From NCBI GenBank assembly GCA_041615815.1, contig JBFJCP010000043.1:1-27662 (forward strand): 27,662 nucleotides of DNA, written 5' to 3'. Positions within the stretch are counted from its first letter, which is position 1; each line of letters opens with the position of its first letter. The notes under the pieces are model-generated. The model made no database searches. It was not told the origin of the DNA and worked only from the letters and a program-made list of their open reading frames with translations. The position numbers and the translations under genes are program-made. This DNA is from Gemmatimonadales bacterium (GTDB lineage: Bacteria; Gemmatimonadota; Gemmatimonadetes; Gemmatimonadales; GWC2-71-9). Below, one piece after another: positions 15,497 to 25,867 of the stretch.

Positions 15497-16849
15497 ATGA
15501 CACGGTTTGCATGTTCGTTGTTCCTCGGCGTGCTCCTGCTCGCCGGCTGCGACTCGATCACGACCACGGAGCCGCCACGCCAGACCATCGATGCCGAATT
15601 GCGTCAGAACATGACCCAATGGGGTGTGATCCCCATCGGTTCCATGCAAGCGCAGGACGCAGCAAAGGTCGCGCTGGGGCGCGCGCTGTTCTTCGACAAG
15701 GTCCTGAGTGGGAACCGGGACATCGCGTGTGCCTCGTGCCACGAGCCGAACAACGGCTTGGGCGACGGGTTGTCTCTGGCAGTGGGCACCGGTGGCACGG
15801 GGATTGGCCCGGCGAGGACGTTGGGGCCGGGACGGCAGTTCGTCCCGCGCAACGCACCGTCGCTCCTCAACTCGGGGCTCGGGCTGTTCTATATGTTCTG
15901 GGACGGCAGGCTCACCGGGTTCGGGTCCGGTCCGTTCTTCAACCAGCCGGACACGCTGCTTCTCTCAGGATTCCCCAACATCCTGGCCGCGCAAGCCATG
16001 CTCCCGGTGCTCAACCGGGTGGAGATGCGCGGTACGGCGGGTGATACGGACGTGTTCGGCAATCCCAACGAGCTGGCGGAATTCGGCGACGACCAGCGCG
16101 AGGCGATCTGGCGGGCAATCATGGACCGACTGCGGGGAATCCCGGAGTACGTCCAGCTGTTCAATGCGGCCTTTCCCAATGTCTCGACACAAACGCTCAG
16201 CTTCCGGCACGCTGCGGAGGCGCTGGCGACGTTCCAGCGGGACGCTTTCATCAAGACGGACTCACCGTTCGATCGTTACCTCGATCGCGACGATGCGGCG
16301 CTCACGCTCGAACAGAAACGCGGCGCCTTGCTCTTTTTTGGCGAGGCCCAGTGTGTCACCTGTCACAGCGGTCCGTTTCTCGGTGCTCAGAGCTTTGCCA
16401 ACGTTGGCGCGCCGCAGATCGGTCCCGGCATCGGGAAACAGCTGCCGCTCGATCGCGGGCGGGGCGAGATCGACGATTTCGAGTTCTACCAATTCGCCTT
16501 CCGGGTCGCGCCGCTCCGCAACGTGGAATTGACAGCGCCCTACATGCACAGCGGTGCCTATCCCACGCTCGAGGCAGTGGTGGAGCACTACAACGATGTT
16601 CCGACAGCGATGCGCAGTTTTGACGTCATGCAGCTGGATCCGGCGTTTCGCGACCAGCACCATGGGGACGATGCGACGATCAACACGGTGATGCCCACGG
16701 TGGATTTCCGCTTCACCCAACGGCTCGACTTCAGCGAGACCGAGAAGCGTGCGTTGGTGGCGTTCTTGAAATCCTTGACGGATCCTGCGGCGCGGAACCT
16801 GAGTTCAGTGATTCCCTCACGGGTGCCGAGCGGGTTGCCGGTGCGGTAG
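15497..16849 (+). CDS. diheme cytochrome c peroxidase / MauG family lipoprotein
   Basis: Lipobox LAGC, LGRALFFDKVLSGNRDIACASCH, RNAPSL, FWDGR, GALLFFGEAQCVTCHSG, FRVAPLRNVELTAPYMHSG and LVAFLKSLTD. Confidence 0.93.
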   Translation: MTRFACSLFLGVLLLAGCDSITTTEPPRQTIDAELRQNMTQWGVIPIGSMQAQDAAKVALGRALFFDKVLSGNRDIACASCHEPNNGLGDGLSLAVGTGGTGIGPARTLGPGRQFVPRNAPSLLNSGLGLFYMFWDGRLTGFGSGPFFNQPDTLLLSGFPNILAAQAMLPVLNRVEMRGTAGDTDVFGNPNELAEFGDDQREAIWRAIMDRLRGIPEYVQLFNAAFPNVSTQTLSFRHAAEALATFQRDAFIKTDSPFDRYLDRDDAALTLEQKRGALLFFGEAQCVTCHSGPFLGAQSFANVGAPQIGPGIGKQLPLDRGRGEIDDFEFYQFAFRVAPLRNVELTAPYMHSGAYPTLEAVVEHYNDVPTAMRSFDVMQLDPAFRDQHHGDDATINTVMPTVDFRFTQRLDFSETEKRALVAFLKSLTDPAARNLSSVIPSRVPSGLPVR

Positions 16850-16853
16850 GGAC

Positions 16854-16912
16854 GGGGAGCAGGGAGCGGGAAGCAGGGAGCGGGACACGGCTCCCCGCTC
16901 CCCGCCCCGTCT
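16854..16912. repeat. heptamer tandem repeat (RGGRAGC)x4 with inverted copies; hairpin/terminator-like
   Basis: GGGGAGC AGGGAGC GGGAAGC AGGGAGC ... GCTCCCC GCTCCCC GCCCC, immediately after the peroxidase stop. Confidence 0.75.
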
Positions 16913-16913
16913 C

Positions 16914-16942
16914 TTGCCCGGTTTTCTAGCGCACAGTAGCTT
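16914..16942 (+). promoter_or_regulatory. candidate sigma70-type promoter
   Basis: TTGCCC-N17-TAGCTT, ending 8 nt before the TTG at 16951. Confidence 0.45.
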
Positions 16943-16950
16943 AGCGCAAC

Positions 16951-17679
16951 TTGAGACCAAGTCTGCGTACCCTGTCAGAAGACGACTCCCCAAAGTCCAG
17001 ACCGCACGTGCCGCCCACCAAGCGGGTGTACGAGGATCGTGCACTGCAGCGAGACGTCGACGCCCCGCAACGCCTCCTCGCCATCGGGACCCTTGCTCAC
17101 TCGGCGCTGGGGGGATTGGTGGGCATGGTGGCTGGGCTTGGCTTGGCATACGCGGGTCGGTGGAGTGGTCCCGTGGGGTTGGTAATCGGTTTCCTGATTG
17201 GGTTCGTGATCGCTTTCGTCGTCATCACGCTCTCGAGACACGGCGCCGCGTCATTGGCGGGCATGATCTTCAATCCCTCCGGCGAGTCCACACCCTCCAA
17301 GGCAGACTATTCCTATCCACAATCGCTGACCGCACGCGGTCACTACGAGGAGGCCATAGGCGCGTACCTGGTCTGCCGGACCGCCAATCCGCAGGATTCG
17401 GAGCCGTACCTCGGGATCGCGCGGCTGTACCGCGATCACCTCGAGGCATACAACGAGGCTTTGCGCTGGTTCAAGCGTGCTCGCTCGGAGTCGGCTCTCA
17501 CGCGAGCCCGTGAGATGCTCATCACGCGAGAGATCATAGAGCTCTACACGCGTCGCATCGGCGATCCGCAGAGGGCGATACCGGAGCTGGCGCGGCTAGT
17601 CGATCGCTTCCCGCACGATCCGGTTTCAGAATGGGCAAAAAAGGAAATAGTCAGGCTCAGAGAGGCGTCCTCTGAGTGA
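16951..17679 (+). CDS. two-TM membrane protein with C-terminal TPR-like helices
   Basis: Two Gly-rich hydrophobic segments, then GHYEEAIGAY..., PYLGIARLY....EALRWF and AIPELARLVDRFP. Start uncertain (16951 TTG or 17008 GTG). Confidence 0.78.
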   Translation: MRPSLRTLSEDDSPKSRPHVPPTKRVYEDRALQRDVDAPQRLLAIGTLAHSALGGLVGMVAGLGLAYAGRWSGPVGLVIGFLIGFVIAFVVITLSRHGAASLAGMIFNPSGESTPSKADYSYPQSLTARGHYEEAIGAYLVCRTANPQDSEPYLGIARLYRDHLEAYNEALRWFKRARSESALTRAREMLITREIIELYTRRIGDPQRAIPELARLVDRFPHDPVSEWAKKEIVRLREASSE

Positions 17680-17794
17680 GCCCTCGGCTCCGCGGCGCGC
17701 GCACCCTCCGCCTTCGTTTTCTTTTTCCGGTATTCCGGGAGGTGCCTAGCTCCTCGCTAATACCCACCTCGCCCACACGTCGATGTTACGAGCT

Positions 17795-18376
<582 letters not shown>

Positions 18377-18493
18377 CGGTCCTCCGACGTTGGTCTGTAT
18401 GCCTTAGAGGCTTGCGCGCATACGGAAAGGTAGCAAGGTGGAGGCCCCTCGCCTACGCAGGGACGCGGCGGCAACGACGGGTGCATGTTCCCC

Positions 18494-19384
18494 TCAAGAG
18501 GTCCTTTGTCTACTCGCTCGAACGCGTGTTGGCCGACGTGCTGATCCTTCGCCCCGGACGATCAGCACGCATCCGGGAAACCCCGAGGCGATCGACTCCA
18601 ACGCTTCATTCGAGACCAGATCACTCTCGATTGGGAGGATCAGCGTGTTGGCACCGATCGAAGCGGCTACCTGCGCCGCACGCGACACGTCCTGTGGCTG
18701 GAGGTGTCGGAAGTTGGCTTCGTCACCGGCGGGCCCCAATTGTCCGATTGCCGTTCGGACGAGCGCCCGTGCGGCCTGCTCCGTGGGCGCGACGCAGAAT
18801 ACGTGCACACCCTGAGTTCGCCCACGAGCAATGGACAGAGCGGTCTCGAGCGCCTCGACAGCGGTGGCGGTGCCGTCGAAGATGACGGCAACGGGACCAA
18901 CCGATTTCGCGCCGGGTGGAAGCAGGAGGATTCGTCCGCGTGCCGTGACGGCGACCCGCCGCGCGGTCGAGCCGAGACCGCGCGCGGGACCCGCCAACCG
19001 ACCGCGGATACCGAGGCTCAAGAGGTCGTCTACCGTCAGATCACGGACCAGCTGCTCCGCCACGATGCCGCGCGTGATGCGAAACGACGAGCGGATACCC
19101 AAGCGTTGGGCCATCTCGGCGAGTGTCGCGCGGGCTTGCTCCGCCTGCAGTCGCAATTGACGCTCCAGCTCGCCGCTCGTGAGCGGGCGCGACACGGCAA
19201 AACTGGCTCCCACCTGGCGGGCAAACGGGAGGGAGCTCCATCGCAGGAGGTTGATGTCTTCGACGAAGAGCCCCAGGACCTCGGCCTCGAGCGCTGCAGC
19301 GAGCTCGACGGCCGCTTCCAACGCCGCCACGCTGCCAGGAGAGGCATCGATCGCGATCACGATCCGGCGAATGGGCATGGTCAT
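18494..19384 (-). CDS. universal stress protein (tandem USP domains)
   Basis: IRRIVIAIDASPGS..ALE.A, GLGSTARRV, and a second domain VAVIFDGT. ATGA overlap with the Lon-like gene. Confidence 0.85.
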   Translation of the reverse strand: MTMPIRRIVIAIDASPGSVAALEAAVELAAALEAEVLGLFVEDINLLRWSSLPFARQVGASFAVSRPLTSGELERQLRLQAEQARATLAEMAQRLGIRSSFRITRGIVAEQLVRDLTVDDLLSLGIRGRLAGPARGLGSTARRVAVTARGRILLLPPGAKSVGPVAVIFDGTATAVEALETALSIARGRTQGVHVFCVAPTEQAARALVRTAIGQLGPAGDEANFRHLQPQDVSRAAQVAASIGANTLILPIESDLVSNEALESIASGFPGCVLIVRGEGSARRPTRVRASRQRTS

Positions 19385-21900
19385 GCTTCCGGAGGCGTCG
19401 GTTGACCGCCGCCACCGTCCCCCACGCCGTCACCGTCGCCATCCTTGCCTTCGAGTAACACCGGCGTGACCTCGAGGGTCGGAATCCCGAACTCTTTCCG
19501 CTGCAGTGCCAGCTCCAGGAGCCGAGCTTCGACGAAGTGATTGAAGGTGCCGTCGGGGTACTTCCCCTGTTCGTCACGCTCTCCGGCCGGTAGACCGGTC
19601 AACAGTTCGATCCCCTCATCGACGGTCTCGATGGCGGCGATATGGAACCGATGCTGCTTCACCGCCTCGATGACATCCTCCCGCAGCATCAGGTGCTCGC
19701 TATTGCTGCGGGGGATGATGACGCCCTGCGTACCGGTGAGTCCTCTCGCCGCGCAGATGTCGAAGAAGCCTTCGATCTTTTCGTTGATGGCACCGACCGG
19801 CTGCACCTCGCCGTGCTGATTGACCGAGCCCGTGACGGCCATGGATTGCCTGAGCGGCACGCCGGCAATGGCTGACAGCAGCGCGAAGAGCTCTGCACAG
19901 GACGCGCTGTCACCCTCGACTCCCGAATACGACTGCTCGAACACCAGACTGGCGGACAGAGAGAGGGGATGATCGGGAACGTACCGCGCGCCGAGGTAAC
20001 CCGAGAGGATCAACACCCCCTTGGAGTGGACCGGGCCTCCGAGTTTCACCTCGCGCTCGATATCGACCAGCTCCCCCCCGCCCAGTCGCACGCGCGCCGT
20101 AATCCGACTCGGCCGGCCAAATATGAAATTGCCGAGTGCGAGCGCCGAGAGGCCGTTGACCTGTCCGACGGTGGCACCATCGGTGTCGATCTTGATCGTT
20201 CCGCGGGTAATCTCTTCGTACACTCGTTCGCGTACCCGATCAGCCCGTTCGACCTGCGCATCGATGGCTCGTTGAACGTGCGCCCCCGTGACCGCCGCGT
20301 CGCGCGCCCTCGCAGCCCAGAAGTCCGCTTCGCGAAGGAGATCGGAGAGCGAGCGCATGTGTGTGGTGAGCTTGCGCTGGTCCGATGCCATCCTGGCGCT
20401 CTGTTCCAGCACCCGGACGACAGCCGATCGGTCGAACGCTCGGAGGTTCTCTCGTTGCACCACGGAAGCGATGAGCTGCGTGTATGCACGCACGCCACTG
20501 TCGGACGCATCCATCACGTCATTGAAGTCCGCTGCGACTTTGAAGAGCTCCTCGAACTCGGGGTCGTAATAACACAGGAGATAGTAGAGGAGCCGCTCAC
20601 CGCTGAGCACCACCGTCACATCCAGATCGACGGGCTCCGGCTCGAGCGTCACGGTACTCACCAAGCTCAGTGCCTGGCCCAGCGACTCGATCCGGAGCTT
20701 CTTGGACCGGAGGGCTCGCTTGAGTGCATCCCATGCGTAGGGGGTCCGCAGGAGCTTGTTGATCTCGAGCAGGAGGAAACCGCCGTTCGCCCGATGCAAG
20801 GCCCCCGCTCTGATGAGCGTGAAGTCCGTCGAGAGAGCGCCAAAGCGCGAGACGTGCTCGGTCCGACCGATCAGGTTGTCGTAGGTGGGGTGGTCTTCCG
20901 CAATGACCGGTGCGCCCTTGGTGTCACGATTGTCCACGAGGACATTGATCTTGTAGCGACTGAGGGGCTGCGGCTCCGCACGCCCGAGACCGCCCGCCTC
21001 GAGCAGAGCTGCGGGAAACGGTTGGTCCGGACTCACGATGCTTCGCGCGTTGCGAATGATGTCGTCCTGCACGGTATCGAGATACTCGAGGACGGCGTCG
21101 AGCCCAGCGAACTTGCTGCGAAGCTCGTCGATGAGGTGACCCACGGCGAGCTTGGCGATCTCCTGATCCAGCTCGCGGACCCGCTCACGTCGCTCTCGGT
21201 CCCACCGGGGCACCTGCCGCAGCGTCCGATGCACCTCTTCTTCGAACGATTCGACCAACGACTCGATGCGTTTCCTCTCCGCATCGGGTAGCTTGTCGAA
21301 CTCTCCACCGGACATCACCTCTCCCTCCTGCACCGGTGCAAACGCCATCCCGACCGGCGTGCGGATCAGCGTGAGCCCGGCGTCCGTGGCTCGGTGCTCG
21401 ATATCCTGCAGTGCCTGTTGTGGCCGCTCCTTGAACTCGTCCTCGATGACCTTGCGCCGCATCTGGTATTCCTCGCTCTCAAACGCACTCGTGAGTACGT
21501 TGCGCAACTCCTCCACGAGACGCTCCATTTCACCATGCAGCGTGGTCCCCGTTCCCGCCGGGACCACGAGAAGACGCGGACGCTGGGGATTGTCGAAATT
21601 GTGGACGTAGCAGAAATCCGGTGGCACGCCTTTGGACGCGGCGTGTTTCGTCAGATAGTGCCACACCAGTGAGCGCTTCCCCGTACCAGGGGGACCCAAG
21701 GCAAAAATGTTGTAGCCGTCGCGAGCGATGCCGATGCCGAACTGCACCGAGGCCTCGGCCCGCCCCTGCCCCACAATCTCCGTCAGCTCCGTCACGTCAT
21801 CGGTGGTGTCGAACGGAACGATGCTCGGGTCGTAGCGGCGCCGCAGCGCTTCGGGCTCCAGCTCGAGTTTGCCCCTCGTTTTCACCAGCTCGTGCGCCAT
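19381..21900 (-). CDS. Lon-like ATP-dependent protease (AAA_32 + S16 Lon_C, LonB/LonC-type)
   Basis: Walker A GPPGTGK, AGALHRANGG, GQVNGL, HSKGVLIL, EQSY.GVEGDSAS (catalytic Ser) and GAINEKIEGFF (catalytic Lys). ATG at 21900. Confidence 0.93.
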   Translation of the reverse strand: MAHELVKTRGKLELEPEALRRRYDPSIVPFDTTDDVTELTEIVGQGRAEASVQFGIGIARDGYNIFALGPPGTGKRSLVWHYLTKHAASKGVPPDFCYVHNFDNPQRPRLLVVPAGTGTTLHGEMERLVEELRNVLTSAFESEEYQMRRKVIEDEFKERPQQALQDIEHRATDAGLTLIRTPVGMAFAPVQEGEVMSGGEFDKLPDAERKRIESLVESFEEEVHRTLRQVPRWDRERRERVRELDQEIAKLAVGHLIDELRSKFAGLDAVLEYLDTVQDDIIRNARSIVSPDQPFPAALLEAGGLGRAEPQPLSRYKINVLVDNRDTKGAPVIAEDHPTYDNLIGRTEHVSRFGALSTDFTLIRAGALHRANGGFLLLEINKLLRTPYAWDALKRALRSKKLRIESLGQALSLVSTVTLEPEPVDLDVTVVLSGERLLYYLLCYYDPEFEELFKVAADFNDVMDASDSGVRAYTQLIASVVQRENLRAFDRSAVVRVLEQSARMASDQRKLTTHMRSLSDLLREADFWAARARDAAVTGAHVQRAIDAQVERADRVRERVYEEITRGTIKIDTDGATVGQVNGLSALALGNFIFGRPSRITARVRLGGGELVDIEREVKLGGPVHSKGVLILSGYLGARYVPDHPLSLSASLVFEQSYSGVEGDSASCAELFALLSAIAGVPLRQSMAVTGSVNQHGEVQPVGAINEKIEGFFDICAARGLTGTQGVIIPRSNSEHLMLREDVIEAVKQHRFHIAAIETVDEGIELLTGLPAGERDEQGKYPDGTFNHFVEARLLELALQRKEFGIPTLEVTPVLLEGKDGDGDGVGDGGGGQPTPPEA

Positions 21901-22202
21901 GGCATTTCCCGGTTCTCGATTCTCGAGGGCCCACTCGCTCGTCAACACCATCGAGCTCGACGCACCATTGGCGACCAGGATTGCGCCGAGAAACGAGCAG
22001 TGGGGCGAATGGGATCATCATCGCGTGCGGTTCGTGAAGGAGCGGTGAAGGCGCCTTCAAACGATGGTTCAGGTTCGCTTCAGAGGGGTTTCAGTGCTGC
22101 TCGTTCAGCTTAAACGGTACAGGCCTCGTCATATCTCCACTCACGGCGCAAACCGAAAAGGGGTCAGTTGTTTACTCGCAGCGCTCGGGCAGCACATCTG
22201 AC

Positions 22203-22829
22203 GTGAAGACGAAAGCCCCGGCGATCGAAGTCAGCCTTCGGTCACTCGAGAAGAGTCGGCTCTATTCGGAAGCACTCGGAATCATGCTGAAGTCTCGTAA
22301 AGACACCGAGTACTTCAAGTGGTTCCTTGCGAGCCTGCTGTTCGGCGGCCGCATCTCGGAGACGATTGCGCAGAACACCTATCGAGCCTTTGCCAATCAC
22401 CGACTGTTGACGCCCCGGAAGATCTTGGCAGCCGGGTGGGGCTTTCTGGTCAATCCGATCATGCGCGAAGGCGGGTACGTGCGTTATGATGAGCGGAAAT
22501 CGACACAGATATTGAGAGACTGCGAAACGCTGCTCGCGGACTACGGAGGGAGCCTGACCCGGTTACACCGCACGTCGCGCCACCGGGCCGATCTCGAATC
22601 GCGGTTGGACGAGTTCTACGGCGTGGGGCCCGTCACAGTTAACATCTTCCTGCGCGAGCTACGACCCTATTGGAGCAAGGCGGCTCCTGAGCCACTGCCG
22701 GTCGTGTTCGATCTTGCCAAGCGACTGGGACTCGACCTGGAAGCGCGCAACCGCCACACCGTGACCTTCACCCGCATCGAGGCAGGGCTCATTCGCCTCA
22801 GCCACAGCCAGCGGGCCGCAGCCAGGTGA
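22203..22829 (+). CDS. helix-hairpin-helix DNA-glycosylase-like protein
   Basis: FKWFLASLLFGGRISETIA, GGYVRYDE and the HhH motif LDEFYGVGPVTVNIFLRELR. Confidence 0.7.
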   Translation: MKTKAPAIEVSLRSLEKSRLYSEALGIMLKSRKDTEYFKWFLASLLFGGRISETIAQNTYRAFANHRLLTPRKILAAGWGFLVNPIMREGGYVRYDERKSTQILRDCETLLADYGGSLTRLHRTSRHRADLESRLDEFYGVGPVTVNIFLRELRPYWSKAAPEPLPVVFDLAKRLGLDLEARNRHTVTFTRIEAGLIRLSHSQRAAAR

Positions 22830-22866
22830 TCGAGGAACCCGCCGCCGGTGCGCTGGGACCAAACCG

Positions 22867-23730
22867 TCACACCGGGGGCGGGGGCATGCCCGCCCAACCG
22901 CGATAGCGCGCGTAGGCTTGCGTGAACTCGGCGCCCAGCAGGACCAGCTGCGCCGAGTAGTACACCCAGAACAGGAACACCACGACCGATCCCGCGGCCC
23001 CGTAGGCGGAGGCCATGACGCTCCTCCCGACAATGAAGCCCACGAGCTGCTTGCCCACCGCGAAGAACAACGCCGTGATGGCCGCGCCGATCCACACATC
23101 GCGCCACTTCAGTTGGATATCTGGCAGCACCTTGTAGATCATGGCAAAGAGCAAGGTGGCGAGAGTCAGGGAGAGACCCATGTCGAGGATCCGGAGGAGA
23201 TGTGGCAGTCCCGGCGCCCCATCAGAAAGCCGCGCCTCGGCCGCTGCCATGCCTACGCTCGCTGCCAGCCCCAGGAGGCCCAAGAAACCGGTTCCGAGGA
23301 CCAGGGCAAAGGACAGGAGCCGTTTCCGAGCGAATTCCCACACCATGCGACGGGGCGGCGGTGTCACATTCCAGACCGTGTTCAGTGCGCCTTGGAACGA
23401 CGCGAAAGCGGCGGTGGAGCCGAGAAAAAACGCGAAGACCGCAAAGAGCGTGGCGAGGATGCTTCCCGAAGACAGCGACACGTTTGGCAGCACCCGCTCA
23501 ACCACCGACGCTGCGGTATCGCCAATGGCGTGTCGTGCCGCCGCCACCAGTTCGGTTCTGGCGGTGTCCTGGCCGAAAACGATACCGGCGACGACAGCGG
23601 CGATGAGCAGCAGCGGCGCCAGGGAGAACAGCGTGTAGAAAGACAACGCGGCGCCAAGGCGAGGGATGCCGTCGCGATCGGCAGCTCGGAACGCGGTCTT
23701 CACCAAGTCCCAGAATGTGCGGAAAGTCAT
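22867..23730 (-). CDS. YihY/virulence factor BrkB family membrane protein
   Basis: GAALSFYTLFSLAPLL, ALNTVW, IYKVLPD, W.DVWIGA and YGAAGSVVVFLFWVYYSAQLVLLGAE motifs. Confidence 0.93.
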   Translation of the reverse strand: MTFRTFWDLVKTAFRAADRDGIPRLGAALSFYTLFSLAPLLLIAAVVAGIVFGQDTARTELVAAARHAIGDTAASVVERVLPNVSLSSGSILATLFAVFAFFLGSTAAFASFQGALNTVWNVTPPPRRMVWEFARKRLLSFALVLGTGFLGLLGLAASVGMAAAEARLSDGAPGLPHLLRILDMGLSLTLATLLFAMIYKVLPDIQLKWRDVWIGAAITALFFAVGKQLVGFIVGRSVMASAYGAAGSVVVFLFWVYYSAQLVLLGAEFTQAYARYRGWAGMPPPPV

Positions 23731-23826
23731 GGCTCGGAGCGACCCTTGGCGTGGTGACGCGGGCGTCGTCGCCGGCACCCGCGTCTTCGGGACGCCAAGC
23801 GACCCGTCGGCCCACAGGACCCGCCC

Positions 23827-25758
23827 CTATCCAACGGGGGCTTCAGCAGGCGCGCGCGTTCTCTGGTCTGCGGGAGGCATTGCCGGCAGAACATCGCCGC
23901 GCACCAATACGTCCAGCTCGTCCCGCCCCAAGGTCTCACGCTCGATCAGCGCGCGAGCGATTGCCTCGAGGGTATCCCGGTTTTCCGTCAATAGCCGCCG
24001 TGCGGTTTCGTACGCCTCATTGAGTACCCGTCCGATTTCCCGATCCACGAGGTCCGCCATACGCTCGGAGACTTCATGGTGCTGCGCGACCTCACGGCCC
24101 AAGAACAGCACCTCGTCGCGCCCACCGACGGTCATCGGACCCACGGCCTCGCTCATGCCGAACTGGGTCACCATGCGGCGCGCCAGCTCCGTGGCCTGCT
24201 GGAAATCGTGCGCCGCTCCCGTGGTCACCTTGTCGGCGCCGAACTCGAGTTCCTCCGCCACGCGCCCACCATACGCCACCACCAACCGCCCGCGGATATA
24301 CTCCTTCGTGTAGTTGTGCCGGTCTTCCTCCGGGAGGGACGCCGTGAGGCCGAGGGCCCGCCCGCGGGGGACGATGGTGACCTTGTGGACGGGATCCAGT
24401 CCCGGGAGCACGAGGTTGAGGAGCGCGTGTCCCGCTTCGTGATACGCCGTCAGCCGTCGCTCTTCCTCTGTGAGCACCAGGCTCCTCCGCTCCACACCGA
24501 GCATCACCTTGTCCTTGGCATCCTCGAAGTCCCGCCGGTCCACCTGCCCCTTGTTGCGGCGGGCGGCGAGCAGGGCGGCCTCGTTCACGATATTGGCAAG
24601 GTCGGCCCCGGCGAGACCCGGCGTCCCGCGGGCGACGACCGCGAGATCCACGTCGGCGGCCAGCGGGATCCTTCTGGCGTGCACCCGCAGGATCATCTCT
24701 CGACCCCGTACATCCGGCATGTCCACCACGACTTGCCGGTCGAAGCGTCCCGGACGCAGCAGCGCCGGGTCCAAAACGTCTGGACGATTGGTCGCGGACA
24801 GAAGGATCACTCCCTCGTTGGGCTCGAATCCATCCAGCTCCACGAGGAGCTGATTCAATGTTTGTTCTCGTTCATCGTGCCCCCCGCCGAGCCCGGCTCC
24901 TCGCAGTCGTCCAACGGCGTCGAGCTCATCGATGAAGATGATGCACGGGGCGTTGGTCTTTCCCTGCGCGAAGAGGTTGCGGACGCGGGCGGCACCCACA
25001 CCTACGAACATCTCCACGAAGTCGGACCCCGAGATCGAGAAGAACGGCACCCCGGCCTCCCCGGCCACTGCACGGGCCAGAAGCGTCTTGCCGGTGCCGG
25101 GTGGGCCCACCAACAGCACGCCCTTGGGAAGCCGTCCGCCCAGTCGCTGAAAGCGCGACGGATCCTTGAGAAAGGCGACGATCTCCTGGAGTTCGGTCTT
25201 CGCCTCGTCCGCACCGGCCACATCGGCGAACGTCACTTTGGGTCGTTCGCCGGACACCTGCTGCGGCGTCAACTTCCCGAATGACAGAGCGCGGTCGCCG
25301 CCCATACGCATTTGGCGGCTGAGCACCATCCAGAACGCGATGATGAGGACCCACGGCAGGAGCCAGTACAGGGCGGTCGCCCAGCCGGACCCACCTTTCT
25401 TCCCTTCCACCGTCACGTCCTGTTCCTCGAGACGGGCCACGAGCGACGCCGGGTCGTCGAAGGGAAGCACGGTCCGAAAGCGGGAGTAGGCCTGCCCCTC
25501 GATGGTCACCGAGTCGCGGAATTCCCCGCGAATCTCGTTTTCATCCGGAGTGACCTCGACTGCCCGGAGATTGTGCGCTTCGATCTGAACCTGGAGCTCC
25601 GAATACGTGATCTCCGCAGTGCCCTCATCCCGCCGAACCAACTGGATCACGAGCGCCGAACCCGCCAAGATGACGATCCACAGCACGGCACCCCGAAACC
25701 CCATACGCTTCTGTGGCGTAACCGAACGCTTCTGTGGCGTAGGCGGACGAGCGGTCAT
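23827..25758 (-). CDS. ftsH: ATP-dependent zinc metalloprotease FtsH
   Basis: Two TM helices, Walker A GPPGTGKT, Walker [20 protein letters not shown], zinc motif HEAGH and GRVAEE. Confidence 0.97.
   Translation of the reverse strand: MTARPPTPQKRSVTPQKRMGFRGAVLWIVILAGSALVIQLVRRDEGTAEITYSELQVQIEAHNLRAVEVTPDENEIRGEFRDSVTIEGQAYSRFRTVLPFDDPASLVARLEEQDVTVEGKKGGSGWATALYWLLPWVLIIAFWMVLSRQMRMGGDRALSFGKLTPQQVSGERPKVTFADVAGADEAKTELQEIVAFLKDPSRFQRLGGRLPKGVLLVGPPGTGKTLLARAVAGEAGVPFFSISGSDFVEMFVGVGAARVRNLFAQGKTNAPCIIFIDELDAVGRLRGAGLGGGHDEREQTLNQLLVELDGFEPNEGVILLSATNRPDVLDPALLRPGRFDRQVVVDMPDVRGREMILRVHARRIPLAADVDLAVVARGTPGLAGADLANIVNEAALLAARRNKGQVDRRDFEDAKDKVMLGVERRSLVLTEEERRLTAYHEAGHALLNLVLPGLDPVHKVTIVPRGRALGLTASLPEEDRHNYTKEYIRGRLVVAYGGRVAEELEFGADKVTTGAAHDFQQATELARRMVTQFGMSEAVGPMTVGGRDEVLFLGREVAQHHEVSERMADLVDREIGRVLNEAYETARRLLTENRDTLEAIARALIERETLGRDELDVLVRGDVLPAMPPADQRTRAPAEAPVG
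25705..25741. repeat. 16-bp perfect direct repeat with 21-nt period at the 5' end of ftsH
   Basis: ACGCTTCTGTGGCGTA at 25705-25720 and 25726-25741, encoding TPQKR twice. Confidence 0.9.
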
Positions 25759-25867
25759 GACGCAAGATCCCCTATCTGGCTTTTACAAGGTTTCCAGGAA
25801 TCCCTGAAGGACGGATGAACGCGGGGTGAATGGAAGAAACAACCGGGCAAGCGTGCGCGGGGGTCGG

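Noticed and set aside
14305..15500. 381-aa minus and 296-aa plus alternative ORFs
   Set aside because: They overlap the barrel gene, which has an RBS, signal peptide and promoter. The alternatives are Arg/Pro/Gly-rich with no motifs.
16854..16912. Possible CRISPR or IS end
   Set aside because: The units are 7 nt with no spacers, and there is no cas or transposase gene in the window.
19969..21291. 440-aa plus-strand ORF
   Set aside because: Antisense shadow of the Lon-like gene. Such ORFs are expected in GC-rich DNA and it has no motifs.
21901..22202. Small ORFs, ncRNA or FNR box in the Lon/HhH intergenic region
   Set aside because: No convincing RBS-ORF, stable structure or TTGAT-N4-ATCAA site found by eye.
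24076..25284. 402-aa plus-strand ORF
   Set aside because: Antisense shadow of ftsH.
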